A stretch of 62,953 nt of DNA, counting the filler, from Octopus bimaculoides (Eukaryota): the NCBI RefSeq assembly GCF_001194135.2. It is 5 parts of 5 records of this genome, joined end to end, with 100 filler letters (N's around TTAATTAATTAA, not from the genome) between each part and the next. Parts side by side here need not be neighbours in the genome. Positions count along the whole stretch, not along the records: positions 19,964 to 32,161 come from NC_068995.1; positions 32,262 to 50,685 come from NC_068983.1; 3 more parts are not named here. One strand, given 5' to 3'. Below are positions 27,728-42,112 of this stretch, in pieces. The stretch's first letter is position 1. Each line of letters begins with the position of its first letter. The position numbers and the translations under genes were made by a program. The notes below the pieces were generated by a model that was not told the origin of the DNA, did no database searches, and worked only from the letters and a program-made list of their open reading frames with translations.

Positions 27728-28515
27728 AACACGTGTGTATGTGACTTTATATAATGGATATATGAAAGTGCATATATAAATATATATATATATGTATATA
27801 TACATATATATATATACACATATAAATGAATACCTGTGCGTGTGTGAGTGTGTGTGAGCGTATGTAAGCGTGTGTGTGTGTGTATGCGTGTGAGTATGTG
27901 TGTATGGCATTTTGTAATGGTATGTCCTGACATCAGGAGCATTTCATTTAAAAAAAAGATGGTTTGACATATTTCTAGCCGCAATATCTCTGCTGTTGAC
28001 GGTTAATATATTTCTTTGTATGTAGAAGCAGCTAAGTGTACTTCAGCACATACGGAACCATTAAATTAATAGAAAAAATTTGAATTGCACACGTTGAGAG
28101 CACTCGCTGTATTTAAAGTGAAATTGCTTATCGTATACACAGCACGGGCGAATAACTGCTTCAGCACGTATCTCTCCTTCTTACTCTAATTAGTCATTTG
28201 CCTTGCAGGCAGTCACGTTTGCAAAACACTGCAAAACACTGCAAAACGTGGTAATAAGAGACAAAAATGAAATACATCTCGAATATCAACCGACAATTTT
28301 TCATCCGCATATCCGTAGAATAATTTCTCACTCTTATATAGCTGTCAACGTTTTATATTTCTTTGATTATATACTTATGTGTGCGTACGCACACGCGTGT
28401 GTTTGCGTGCGCATATCGGGTATATCTATCTATGAATGAATAAGCATACTTACACACACATTATTTGCATACACACATCTGTACATCTATACACACACAC
28501 ACACGCACGCACACG

Positions 28516-28547
<32 letters not shown>

Positions 28548-31500
28548 NNNNNNNNNNTATATATATATATATATATTCATGTGTAAATGCTTGTGTGCAC
28601 GTTTTTTTTAAGTTCATATCCCTTTCTGTACCTAGGATTCATTTCTTGTTTGTATGAATATTAAAATTATCAAGAAAATATGAACACAATTTCTTGAAAC
28701 AATGACAATCATTTACGTAAAAAAATATATGAATGGAACTTATTGCAACAAGTCTAGTCATTGTAAATAAAGTTAAGATTTAGATTGAAACTTTTGTTTC
28801 TATCATATTTTCAAAAATATTGAAACAACGAAAATACTTTTCATAAAGTCCTACAAGCAAAATATATTTGTCACAAATACAATAATTCTAGAAATAATAG
28901 TTAAGTATACATCGTCTCCCCTATCTGCTTTTATACTTAAAATTTCTTTTATTCTGATTTCGTGTTTTATCTTACATATTTCCAAAAATGTAGACCCCAT
29001 TAATACGCAAAATCTGTATCTTAAGATATAGGTCTCTATTGTAAACATGCATAGTTATCCGAGTCAAAATAGTAGAAGTATATTATATAAATGCACAAAG
29101 GATATTTTTTGTTACATGCAAAGCCTTACATACACATTTTATAACAACAAACATATATTGCATTATTTACTAACAACAGGAATAACAATCCTCTCGATAA
29201 ATATGACATTGTCAACAATTCAAAGACTTAACTTTGAAATAAATAAATAGCTGTTATTCTTGTAATGACTTTTTAATCGTATTCATTCTGTATAGAACAG
29301 GAAATATCATTTCTACATTGATACACATTAACGTTGCTCATGACTTTATAGAAGTTTACCAAATAATTTTTCTTCTTCGTTATTTCCGTTCCGTGATGTA
29401 TTACATAGGAATTGTTTTCATGAAGCATACTGGTTTCTGTTGAAAATTAGTTTCAGATCCCTCAATCGATCTCCACTTTTAGGGAAGGGGACACAGTGAA
29501 TAGTTTATAGTTTACGAAACAGAACTACATTAGTAATTCAAATCCAGAATTTAAATAAATTTCCTTGTTGATTAGTGGTTAGTTTTATCGCAGTTTGAAT
29601 AATGAAAATCAAACATTGGGACGAGAGATACTCATAATGCTATGTGCTTAATTGTGGTGTGAGAAGTTAACCCGAAATGAATATTTACACTGTCTTAGGG
29701 CCCTCATGCTACGTTTAGAAACGTTTTCTCACTTTCTTAAAAAGAGATTTTGAAGGAGAAAATTATCTATGTTTCTGAATAGGGCAACATTATTTTGTAT
29801 TGACTCTACATGACTGATTTTTGTTTCGAAGAAAACGAAGTAAGACAAAGTTGTTCTAGGCACGATTAACACACTAAAAGGAAACGACGAAGCTTCTGAT
29901 CCACTAAAATTATGATACTAAACTTGTAAAACTTAAAGCAATGGTTAACATACACTAAAATCAAGAAAAATACTTTAATCCAACAATTATACTGCAGCTA
30001 AAAATTTCTTCTATGTCAGTAATATTAGTAATATACCTTAATTTATAAGGTATGTACTATTACTTAACCTACTAAAATTAGTAGCAACGCATCTTAATAC
30101 GAACAACAAGATGATTGGAAAAAACTTATAAGCAATATCTTCTTGAAGAGGTGACCCAACCGGATGTCCATGATTCCAGGACTACGTTATGAATGTTGAT
30201 TAATCATTATGAGTTGAAATCCCGTCGAAGATATATTTAAAATCCATCCATCTAAAAGAGGCGATGAAATAAACAATAACAGAGTATTGATTTCAACAGA
30301 CTCACATCAGCCTTTACATTGGCGTCTGGCATTGTTAAGGAAATGAAAGCTGTGTGTCAGAAGCATTTATTTTATCCTGCTCAAAAACCGGCAAGTAAAT
30401 AATTATTTAAAAAGTCAACAAAGCATGTTATTCGTCCCTCAAATAGGCACCGCTTGATTGTTGTATTGATAATGGCTTCTACCGTTGGTGCTGAGCTATG
30501 AAATTAGAGAACACAGTATAGTTGAATTGCTTGACTCTAGTTTTTAACTTCAGTATCATTTATCGACTCCGGAATCGTCAACGGAAAAGTTGAGCACGAC
30601 GGTGTTTGAACTCAGAACGTAATGAGAAAGAAGAAATAACGCAAGACACTTTGTTCTATGATCTCACCATTATACCAGCCAACCACGAATAAGTATACAT
30701 AAATATTTATTCGATGGGAACAAAATCACTAATTTTGTGAATGTGATACTGTTTAATAAATCACCCCTCATAGAGGATGTACTGTGTTTTATCAATTCTG
30801 GAAGGAAAGGTAAACTCGTCAACAGTGGTATTTGAACTATTAAAGCAAATCACCACAACGGAATACAACAGAACATTTAATATTTCGATTCTGATATTTC
30901 ATTGCCTTAACATAGCAGCAGAAATAATCACAAAAATATTCATAAAACACAATTAGTTAGATAACAATCGTAAACGAATGAGATGCAACGCTTAATTCTA
31001 AATATGGATAAATCAGAGTATATATCGATATGAATGTTTATGCCAATAACAGAATTATTTTAATTACGCAGCTAAATCCATATTAACAGAAATTATCAAA
31101 GAGTTTTTTACTTAATATATTACACGATTGTATACCATGTATTATGGAGTATATATTGTTCTAGTAACTGTCGACTTACAGTTGTTTTATTTTTTAATTA
31201 TTAATTTTTTTCATTTATTTTATTATTTTTTAGATCTAAGGACGGGAATGAAAAGTTAAAAAACAAAAAGGGAAAAAACATTGCTGTTTGCAAACATTAG
31301 TAATTATATTAGCGAAAAAAATATAGTTACTGGAGAATACGAAGCAAATACTTACCTTTTGAAGATTCAGTTGGAAATGTAATTACGTTTACGGAGCACT
31401 AGACTGCAAATTTCGAAATATTTATTACTCTTATTACTATGTAACACAGACACAGGCATTCATACACACACACAAGTACTCACACACACAGACACTCATA

Positions 31501-31557
31501 CACACACACAAACACACACAGACACACACACACGCACACACACACACACACACACAC

Positions 31558-31624
<67 letters not shown>

Positions 31625-33158
31625 TAGGTGAATATAGATAGATATCTGTGTGTATACATATACATGCATATGCGTATACAGACATGAATAAACATACATA
31701 TATACATACACACATAATGTATATATTTCATCTTCGTCGAATTAAATTTTTATATGTATGTCTGTTTAGACGTGATTTTTAGTCTATATATGTACATATG
31801 TATGTTTGTAGGTAATTATATGTGTGCATGTGTGTGTGTGCGTGTGTGTGTGTGCGTGTGTGTGTGTGCGTTTGTGTGTTTGAATATAGACAACAGATAC
31901 GCATACACATGAATATAAAAATGCATGCATATGAATATATTCATAAAATATGGGCGCATTTAATGCAGTCGCGCAAGAGCTGATTGTATTTGTGTACGTT
32001 TGTGTTTGTTTTCGATATATTTAATTAAACATGGTGAAAAATAGGGATGTTTTGCAAATATCTTACTTTGAACATAATCATTAATATATGTTATATAATA
32101 CGTAATATAAATGCGTGCGTAAATATATATATATATATGTATATATATATGTATATATATANNNNNNNNNNNNNNNNNNNNNNNNNNNNNNNNNNNNNNN
32201 NNNNNTTAATTAATTAANNNNNNNNNNNNNNNNNNNNNNNNNNNNNNNNNNNNNNNNNNNNAGTAGGTATAGTCCTTGGTAAAAGGTATATGGCAGCAGG
32301 TAATTTAGCAAGTAAACCGTAGTTTAATTTATATCGACGAAAAGAAAATGGAGGAAAAATAACAATAAAAAGTGTCTTTTGCGCTAGAAAGCCATTATTT
32401 GATTAGTTAAGAAAGGTGAGAGTAAGAGTGAGTTTACGATCGTTTCTGTGTACCATGGTGAGGAAAATGTATATTTATATTTTTGCCTCGTTGCCAATGG
32501 TATACTTCATCAGAACGAAGAAGTCAGAGGTAGAGAAGAGCGAAAGATAGAGGGATACATCGCAGAAGAAAATGATCAAAGGTTCGAAAGTCTTACATTA
32601 TAGTCAGGTTTACAGTTCGTTAGGTCCGTTGTGAGGTAGAAGAAGAATAGAAGTTATTGTCTCTATTGAATCTATTGTCCCGTGGTTATTTTATTGCATG
32701 GCTTCCACGAGTCTGTAACTTCTGGGGGTTGGCCACTGTTGCAATGTAAGGGAGTTAACTCTAATTAGGGATAACCGGTGCGGTTATAAGTACCTATGTG
32801 TCAGTAAATTATAGGTTGTAGGCTGTTTCTATTTATAAAGGAAGCCGTATAGATGTGCAAAGTATAAATTGAGCGCCGGTCCGATCTAGCGTGTAGGGAG
32901 ACTCATTGCCGTAATGATATTAAGTTATGAAGAGTGCAAAGAGAAGGAGGGTTGGAAGGGAAAAAACTGCATGTGAGTAGCGTTGGTGGTTCACGACTAA
33001 AAAGAATTATAGGAATAAATAGGCCAATGCTAGGGGGACAAACACAGACACACAAACANNNNNNNNNNNNNNNNNNNNNNNNNNNNNNNNNNNNNNNNNN
33101 NNNNNNNNNNNNNNNNNNNNNNNNNNNNNNNNNNNNNNNNNNNNNNNNNNNNNNNNNN

Positions 33159-33206
<48 letters not shown>

Positions 33207-33426
33207 AGTATTTTACTCCCTCTCTTCTTCCTCCTCTGTCGCTGTGATTTTTTCTTTCTCACAGTGTGAAGCCAAATATGTGCACTCATCTGGCACTTGC
33301 TACGTTAACTCTGTGTGTTTTACTGTTAGTCCCACTCTGCTGTTCTTATCGAAAATTCGGACAGCCTACATTGGACTACTGTACATGCACAGCCACACAC
33401 TCGCACACGGACACACACACAAAGAC

Positions 33427-33459
<33 letters not shown>

Positions 33460-34354
33460 TATATGTATGTATANNNNNNNNNNNNNNNNNNNNNNNNNNN
33501 NNNNNNNNNNNNNNNNNNNNNNNNNNNNNNNNNNNNNNNNNNNNNNNNNNNNNNNNNNNNNNNNNNNNNNNNNNNNNNNNNNNNNNNNNNNNNNNNNNNN
33601 NNNNNNNNNNNNNNNNNNNNNNNNNNNNNNNNNNNNNNNNNNNNNNNNNNNNNNNNNNNNNNNNNNNNNNNNNNNNNNNNNNNNNNNNNNNNNNNNNNNN
33701 NNNNNNNNNNNNNNNNNNNNNNNNNNNNNNNNNNNNNNNNNNNNNNNNNNNNNNNNNNNNNNNNNNNNNNNNNNNNNNNNNNNNNNNNNNNNNNNNNNNN
33801 NNNNNNNNNNNNNNNNNNNNNNNNNNNNNNNNNNNNNNNNNNNNNNNNNNNNNNNNNNNNNNNNNNNNNNNNNNNNNNNNNNNNNNNNNNNNNNNNNNNN
33901 NNNNNNNNNNNNNNNNNNNNNNNNNNNNNNNNNNNNNNNNNNNNNNNNNNNNNNNNNNNNNNNNNNNNNNNNNNNNNNNNNNNNNNNNNNNNNNNNNNNN
34001 NNNNNNNNNNNNNNNNNNNNNNNNNNNNNNNNNNNNNNNNNNNNNNNNNNNNNNNNNNNNNNNNNNNNNNNNNNNNNNNNNNNNNNNNNNNNNNNNNNNN
34101 NNNNNNNNNNNNNNNNNNNNNNNNNNNNNNNNNNNNNNNNNNNNNNNNNNNNNNNNNNNNNNNNNNNNNNNNNNNNNNNNNNNNNNNNNNNNNNNNNNNN
34201 NNNNNNNNNNNNNNNNNNNNNNNNNNNNNNNNNNNNNNNNNNNNNNNNATATATATATATATATCAAATAGGCTTCTTTTAGTTTCCGTCAACCAAATCC
34301 ACTCACAAGACTATATCTTTTTATTATTTTTATTTCTTACTTTTTGCAGTCATT

Positions 34355-34643
34355 AGAGAACAGCTATGCTGGGGCACTGCCTTGAATTTTTAGTCGGATG
34401 GATCGACCCCAGTACTCCATTTTGTAAATCTTTGGACTTCAATTGTTGAGCTCTTTTGCCGAACCGCTCAGTTAAGGGGATGCAAAAACACAAACACCTG
34501 TTGTAAAGTGGTGGTCGGGGACAAACGCAGACAGAAAGAAACACACACATAAATATACATACATATATATGCATATATCTACATAAATATATATACGACG
34601 GAATTATTTCAGCTTCCGTCTACCAAATCCACTCACAAGGCTG
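34355..34643 (-). mobile_element. SINE family B, 5'-truncated (further partial copies at 34273-34310, 39217-39400, 40286-40470, 61155-61235, 62070-62150)
   Basis: Reverse complement of GTGAGTGGATTTGGTAGACGGAA...(TA/TG)n...TTTGTCCCC...AGCGGTTCGGCAAAAGAG...GGGGTCGAT...CCAGCAT. Confidence 0.75.
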
Positions 34644-35716
34644 ATTCTATCAATATACATATATATATATATATATACTGTTGTGTCTGGGGAGAGTCAC
34701 TTTCTTATTGTGCCTTAAAATTTAACACACTCACCGGTAAAATATGCATGCACACACACACACACATATATATACACAATTACATATATACTTACAGATA
34801 TACTTATACATGTATGTATGTATGTATGTATGTATGTATGTATGTATATATATATATATATATATATATNNNNNNNNNNNNNNNNNNNNNNNNNNNNNNN
34901 NNNNNNNNNNNNNNNNNNNNNNNNNNNNNNNNNNNNNNNNNNNNNNNNNNNNNNNNNNNNNNNNNNNNNNNNNNNNNNNNNNNNNNNNNNNNNNNNNNNN
35001 NNNNNNNNNNNNNNNNNNNNNNNNNNNNNNNNNNNNNNNNNNNNNNNNNNNNNNNNNNNNNNNNNNNNNNNNNNNNNNNNNNNNNNNNNNNNNNNNNNNN
35101 NNNNNNNNNNNNNNNNNNNNNNNNNNNNNNNNNNNNNNNNNNNNNNNNNNNNNNNNNNNNNNNNNNNNNNNNNNNNNNNNNNNNNNNNNNNNNNNNNNNN
35201 NNNNNNNNNNNNNNNNNNNNNNNNNNNNNNNNNNNNNNNNNNNNNNNNNNNNNNNNNNNNNNNNNNNNNNNNNNNNNNNNNNNNNNNNNNNNNNNNNNNN
35301 NNNNNNNNNNNNNNNNNNNNNNNNNNNNNNNNNNNNNNNNNNNNNNNNNNNNNNNNNNNNNNNNNNNNNNNNNNNNNNNNNNNNNNNNNNNNNNNNNNNN
35401 NNNNNNNNNNNNNNNNNNNNNNNNNNNNNNNNNNNNNNNNNNNNNNNNNNNNNNNNNNNNNNNNNNNNNNNNNNNNNNNNNNNNNNNNNNNNNNNNNNNN
35501 NNNNNNNNNNNNNNNNNNNNNNNNNNNNNNNNNNNNNNNNNNNNNNNNNNNNNNNNNNNNNNNNNNNNNNNNNNNNNNNNNNNNNNNNNNNNNNNNNNNN
35601 NNNNNNNNNNNNNNNNNNNNNNNNNNNNNNNNNNNNNNNNNNNNNNNNNNNNNNNNNNNNNNNNNNNNNNNNNNNNNNNNNNNNNNNNNNNNNNNNNNNN
35701 NNNNNNNNNNNNNNNN

Positions 35717-35752
<36 letters not shown>

Positions 35753-36758
35753 GCACCCACGCACACATGTATATACATACAGATATACATATACATGTAT
35801 GTATGTATGTATGTATGTATGTTTATATATACTCACCCACACACACACATATATACACAGTGACATATATACATCTTCATATATATACACGCATACATAT
35901 TTACACACACACACGTTTATATATGTATATATGGGTATATATGTGCTTATATGTGTGTGTGTATGTACATATGTAGTCATGTAAAACATGCATGCAAGCG
36001 TGTTTGTATATTAGTGTACGTATATCTACATAAGAAAGCATGTATATATATAGTAACAGAAAGGGAGGAATTTCAATTATCCCCACATGGTGAGTTATAG
36101 TATATATAAGAAATTAAAGAAGGAAAATGCACATACTTTACATAGTTTTACTATAATTCTTAATACATCTTGCATTGTGTTTGTCGACCACTTTCGCTTT
36201 CTCTATTCATAACATTAAGATTTATTTGAATATGTATTTTCTTAAGAAAATATTATTTTTTGTCCATGTTGTGTGTGGAGTTTATGAATGACGATTTAAA
36301 AAGTAGAAAAATCTAAGGACAAAAAAATGTTGTCTTGAGAAAATACATATTTAAATAAATTTTAATGTCATGAATAGCGAATGCGAAACCGGTTGACAAA
36401 GACAATACGAGATATATTAGAAATTATATTAAACTATGTAAAGTGTGTGCATTTTCCTTCTTTAATTTCTTATATAACTGTTTAAAATGTATGCGATATT
36501 CATAAGTATATATCAAAACGCTATTGTGTAATAACAATATGTGCACGTACATGCTTTTTATACCGCTTTTAGTATCTAGTTCTATATGTTAGATTATTTG
36601 CAAGCAACTTAGAAAACACCTAAAAATGTACATAATGATATCAATTATGATGCTACTACTACGTCTCCTACAATTACTAATACTAATATCAATAACAGTA
36701 TGAAGAAGAAAGAGGAAGAGGAGGAGTATTTGTATGATGATGATAATAATAATTATTT

Positions 36759-36969
36759 CTACTCTAGGCACAAGGCCTTGACAATTTTGTGGTAAGGGGG
36801 CTAGTCGATTATATCGATCCCAGTGCGTAACTGGTACTTATTCCATCGACCCCGACAGGATGAAAGGATAAGTCGACCTCGGCGGAATTTGAATTCAGAA
36901 CGTAGCGGCAGACGAAATACCGCTAAGCATTTCGCCCGGCGTGCTAACGATTCTGCCAGTTCGCCGCCT

Positions 36970-36970
<1 letters not shown>
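36759..36970 (-). mobile_element. SINE family A, full length
   Basis: Near-identical to 41899-42112 and flanked by (AAT)n. Confidence 0.9.
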
Positions 36971-37020
<50 letters not shown>

Positions 37021-37021
37021 C

Positions 37022-37085
<64 letters not shown>

Positions 37086-37552
37086 CAACAACAACTAGAA
37101 CAACAATAAGCCTGGAATGATCTTATAACACTATGATCCTTATATCTTACCCACTTTAAACGTTGAAGAATGAAGGGAAATATCCCTGTCACATTCATTT
37201 ATAAGTGATGAGGGACTCTGGTATAGTTGTCGAATATGTCATTTTGGTGGCCGGAAGCAATGTTAGTCCTGCCGAAATATATTTACCTCCAAATACCTGA
37301 CGTCTGGTCTACACCCTGCTAAGTAGCATGTCAAAACTGTGTTTATTCGCCGCTATTTGCAAACGTAGAAAAAGAAATAACATCCTTTATGGGAGCAACC
37401 ACTAATCATTCATTCAGCTCCAGATATCTCCTTGACTTAAAACACACAGCTTTAAGACGACCATGATAAATGGACTTCCGGTTCGCTGTAATGACAAACG
37501 TAACAAGAGGTCTAAGAGCTACCCACAGAGAGAATTACAGTCTTTCTCTCAC

Positions 37553-37602
<50 letters not shown>

Positions 37603-38113
37603 ATTCTCTCCCTCTCTTGCTCGTTCTCTTTCATTCTCTCATACTTTTTTCTTTCTTTTTCTCTACTAAATTCTTCCCCTTTCAACCTTTTATCTCTCGT
37701 CAATGAGAAACACATTATTTCTATCCAAACCTTTTCGTTAATATTTCATTATGACTGGTCAATGTTTTTAATATCATAATGTGGGATTTTGTGTTTGATT
37801 CTTTGTTGGTTTTGGTATTATTTCATCTTGAAATATTCAGAGAAGTTGGCATCTGCATGTTGTGAGGGCAAATATTTTCATTTACTTCCAATTTGCCGAT
37901 TTATAACTCGAAAGACAATTGTATTTACGCTAAATAATGGTGCGTTGTAATGCATGAAATATGGTGTCAAAAGATGACGTTTGTATTAGAGACTATATAT
38001 GGCGGCATTAAAGCCAGCGTCCATATTGTTTGCTACGAAGTGCGAGCAGGGAAGAATAAAGATAGATAGAAAAACAAGAATAAACAGACAGATGGACAGA
38101 CGGATAGACACAA

Positions 38114-38182
<69 letters not shown>

Positions 38183-38695
38183 AAAAAGTGTAAAATAGGT
38201 GTACTCACGCTTTCAGGCACTACACATACTTATATATTATACACATTAATAAGATAAACAATAACTGTTCCTATATACATATATAATATATATATATATA
38301 TATATNNNNNNNNNNNNNNNNNNNNNNNNNNNNNNNNNNNNNNNNNNNNNNNNNNNNNNNNNNNNNNNNNNNNNNNNNNNNNNNNNNNNNNNNNNNNNNN
38401 NNNNNNNNNNNNNNNNNNNNNNNNNNNNNNNNNNNNNNNNNNNNNNNNNNNNNNNNNNNNNNNNNNNNNNNNNNNNNNNNNNNNNNNNNNNNNNNNNNNN
38501 NNNNNNNNNNNNNNNNNNNNNNNNNNNNNNNNNNNNNNNNNNNNNNNNNNNNNNNNNNNNNNNNNNNNNNNNNNNNNNNNNNNNNNNNNNNNNNNNNNNN
38601 NNNNNNNNNNNNNNNNNNNNNNNNNNNNNNNNNNNNNNNNNNNNNNNNNNNNNNNNNNNNNNNNNNNNNNNNNNNNTCTATCTATCTATCCTTTC

Positions 38696-38730
<35 letters not shown>

Positions 38731-38774
38731 TGTATGTCTCTCTCTCTCTGTCTCTCTCTCTCTGTCTCTGTCTC

Positions 38775-38809
<35 letters not shown>

Positions 38810-39759
38810 TGTATCTCTACCATTGGTGACAGCTTGATGCGTGTTGTTTAAAATGTATACATATACCAGAAGCATAAATTTTCCATAAATTATACAGCTG
38901 GAATATGTTTCTGTATACACACATGCACGCACACGCGCATACGCGCACACACATACACACACACACACGCACACACACTAACACATATGCGTGCGTATAT
39001 CACCTGTGTTCTTTTTCTTTCATGTTTCATCTTTGTTGATCCTTTAGCAAAACGCTTACTAAGCCGCACAGAAGAAAAACTTAAACATTATAATCAATTT
39101 ATAGATATACAGTATAAACTGATTCTATTCCAAAAGAGAATAAAAAAGCAATATTTAACGATGCAATTTTTGTCAAATTACCGAAAAACAATTTAACTTA
39201 ATAATATAACAATACGTAGGCGTGGCTGTGTGGTAAGAACTTTGCTTCTTGACCACATGGTTTCGTATTCACATGGTTTCGAGTGGCACCTTAAGCAAGT
39301 GTTTTCTATTATAGCTTTGGGTCAACCAAATTCTTGTAAATTGATATGGTAGACGGAAATTGAAAGAAGCCCAACATATATGTGTGTGTGTGTGTGTTTT
39401 ATTCTTAAACAAGAATATTATTGGCTGTATCGAACGCGGAGTCGCTGTTTGAACAGTATAAATACTGGGTAAATAATCCTTACAAGGCGGGAAAATTTGT
39501 CAACAACTAGCCATGGGACACAAACCCATATCTCTCTCAGTCTCTGGCTGAGTGCTTTACCATGAAGCTAAACTGTCTGCTGACAAATTCTCTGGTCGAA
39601 TGAGACGCTAAATATTTTAGCTTTATAGAACAACCATGTGTTTATAAATGTAAACAAACAAATATTTGTTTACATTTATACACATAAACACACACACACA
39701 CGCACACACATACACATTCAAATATGAATTAGAAGCAACATGAGTGTTGTAAGCATTTT

Positions 39760-40043
39760 CGAACACACATACATAATATAAGGACTTTGCTTATTCGCCG
39801 GTCGGCTGTGATATAACGAGATGGAGATGACCCTCTCAAAGCGCCGGGTGTTAAAGCACCTGAATGTCATAATCATAGACAAGCGAGACAACTCACCCAA
39901 AGATCCATCTCGTCTCATCTCGCCGGTCTATCACCATGACTTTCGATTGTCTGAAACACCCGTCGATTTGACAGAGTTATCTCCACCTCGTCAAATCGCA
40001 GCCGACCAGCGAACAAAGGCCTTATATTGTGTTTGTGTACGAC
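39760..40043. repeat. Imperfect GC-rich inverted repeat (old MITE-like hairpin)
   Basis: TTCGCCGGTCGGCTGTGATATAACGAGATGGAGATGACC (from 39794) pairs with ...TTATCTCCACCTCGTCAAATCGCAGCCGACCAGCGAA (to 40013). Arms extend outward through AATATAAGG/CCTTATATT. Confidence 0.75.
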
Positions 40044-40066
40044 TATATACTTATATACGCGCGTGA

Positions 40067-40099
<33 letters not shown>

Positions 40100-40663
40100 N
40101 NNNNNNNNNNNNNNNNNNNNNNNNNNNNNNNNNNNNNNNNNNNNNNNNNNNNNNNNNNNNNNNNNNNNNNNNNNNNNNNNNNNNNNNNNNNNNNNNNNNN
40201 NNNNNNNNNNNNNNNNNNNNNNNNNNNNNNNNNNNNNNNNNNNNNNNNNNNNNNNNNNNNNNNNNNTGTGTGTGTGTGTGTGTGTGTTTGTGTTGGTCCC
40301 CCACCACCGCTTGACAACCAGTATTGGTTTGTTACCTGTAACTGCTACCTGTAATCAGACTGGAAAAAACAGGACTGATGTTGATTTGTTCGACTAAAAT
40401 CTTTAAGATCGTGCACCTTGTTGGCTGCAATACAATGACTGAAACAAGAAAAAGATAAAAGATAGATACTTAAGAACAAATTTTATCAGGAGCCACGCGT
40501 TATTTTATAGACTGTTGTAACTGTTGTCGTTTCTTCCAGGTGTGCCTCTATTTGTCTTTTATAGTTTATCTTTTACAAGGTCCTTATTCGTCGCTACCTT
40601 CTTTCAATAGTAGATTGTTATATAGTGAAAATCTTGTTAGTTACTATGATGACAACAATCTAC

Positions 40664-40703
<40 letters not shown>

Positions 40704-40710
40704 ATTTCAC

Positions 40711-40741
<31 letters not shown>

Positions 40742-41366
40742 ACTCACTCACACACACACACACTCACTCACACACACACACACTCACTCACACACTTAAT
40801 GTATTTCTCTCTCAACAGCAACAACAACTTGTTTTTCTCGAAAAGGTACGTTTACATTCTAAAGTTGAAGTTAATAGTTCAGTCTCCCAAATTATCTTAA
40901 ACATTTTATTAATAGGAAAATATCTGAACTTGTCACTAATAAATGCAGATAGATGTGAAAAGTTCTGGGCCATTAACACGGAATTTATGTACAACATGCA
41001 TAAACGTTCCTTTGTTTTCACTGTCTCCTATGTTTATTATAACAAAGATTGATCAAGTAATTACATTGTAGCAAATATTTGTTTCCGATAAAGTAAAATT
41101 ACAGAAATTCTGAAGCTCTATTGAAACAATATCTTACTTAAAACAATACGAAATATAACAGAAAATCTCGTGATCCGATACAAAAATGATCAAACGTTCA
41201 TGCCATGTGAACAACTTTGGGAAGAACTCTATAAAATATAATTCATTATCCGATTCGTTATTGTCACCTTTTGCCGTCATCACATTAACATCATCGTCAC
41301 CATCATCCTTAGCCTCATCATCATCATCCTCATCATCATCGTCGTCGTCGTCGTCGTTGTCGTCAC

Positions 41367-41401
<35 letters not shown>

Positions 41402-41898
41402 CCAGTGCTAATACCATCATCAATCTCCATGCACAGAACACAATGTTGTATGTAAAGTGCAATTTGCAGATGTACATGCCTAATCAAAGTAATGAGAACT
41501 TCAATATCATGCAATGTTAAGTTCAAGTGGTCTTAATGAAGCGAATAATATAACGAAAACCCATTTAGTTTTCACTAAACATCAAATCTTTGTGTTTGCC
41601 GAGCATTTGTTTGCGTCACGAAAGCAGAGGAGAAAAGAAGAGGTATTTTCAACGAAAAAATAAGGTCAGTGGGAAAAGTAAAATTGGTAGCGGACTAGAT
41701 AAAACGTCAATGCATCCCATGGCGCTTTGAGTTCAAATTGCACTGGGCTCTAATTCTTTTCTTTTCAAACCTAATAAAATAATTAGAGCAATTGTTCTAG
41801 TCGATTTCAGCAACTTCAAAATTTTCGGATTTGTAATTAATCCGAAAATCGTTTAATGCCAGAATAAAGTCGTATAACCAATGAGAGGTTTTAATTGT

Positions 41899-42112
41899 CT
41901 TTTCTACTCTAGGCACAAGGCCCGAAATTTTGGGGAGAGGGGGCCAGTCGATTAGATCGACCCAGTACGCAACTGGTACTTAATTTATCGACCCCGAAAG
42001 GATGAAAAGCAAAGTCGACCTCGGCGGAATTTGAACTCTGAACGTGTAGACAGACGAAATACCGCTAAGCATTTCGCCCAGTGTGCTAACGTTTCTGCCA
42101 GCTCGCTGCTTT
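41899..42112 (-). mobile_element. SINE family A (tRNA-derived, Meta-domain-like), full length with TSD
   Basis: Perfect 15-bp TSD AGAGGTTTTAATTGT at 41884-41898 and 42113-42127. The body has GAGTTCAAATTCC and GTCGACTTTGCTTTTCATCCTTTCGGGGTCGATAAATTAAGTACCAG, which resembles the MetaSINE/Sauria-SINE central domain. Confidence 0.9.

Noticed and set aside
32262-33040. Purine-skewed blocks suggestive of ancient LINEs (also 20460-21400, 30130-30500, 42300-43720, 47860-48420)
   Set aside because: No diagnostic motif could be read by eye; a profile search is needed.
33244-35989. Very long ORFs (300-470 aa) in the ORF track, also at 43.7-46.3 kb and 49-50.5 kb
   Set aside because: They consist of N-run X residues and microsatellite peptides (YIYI, HTHT, VCVC), not genes.
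37200-37250. GTGATGAGGGAC...GTCGAATATGTC hammerhead-like pattern
   Set aside because: C3 and A15.1 are both wrong and no stem I forms. It may be a relic but cannot be supported.
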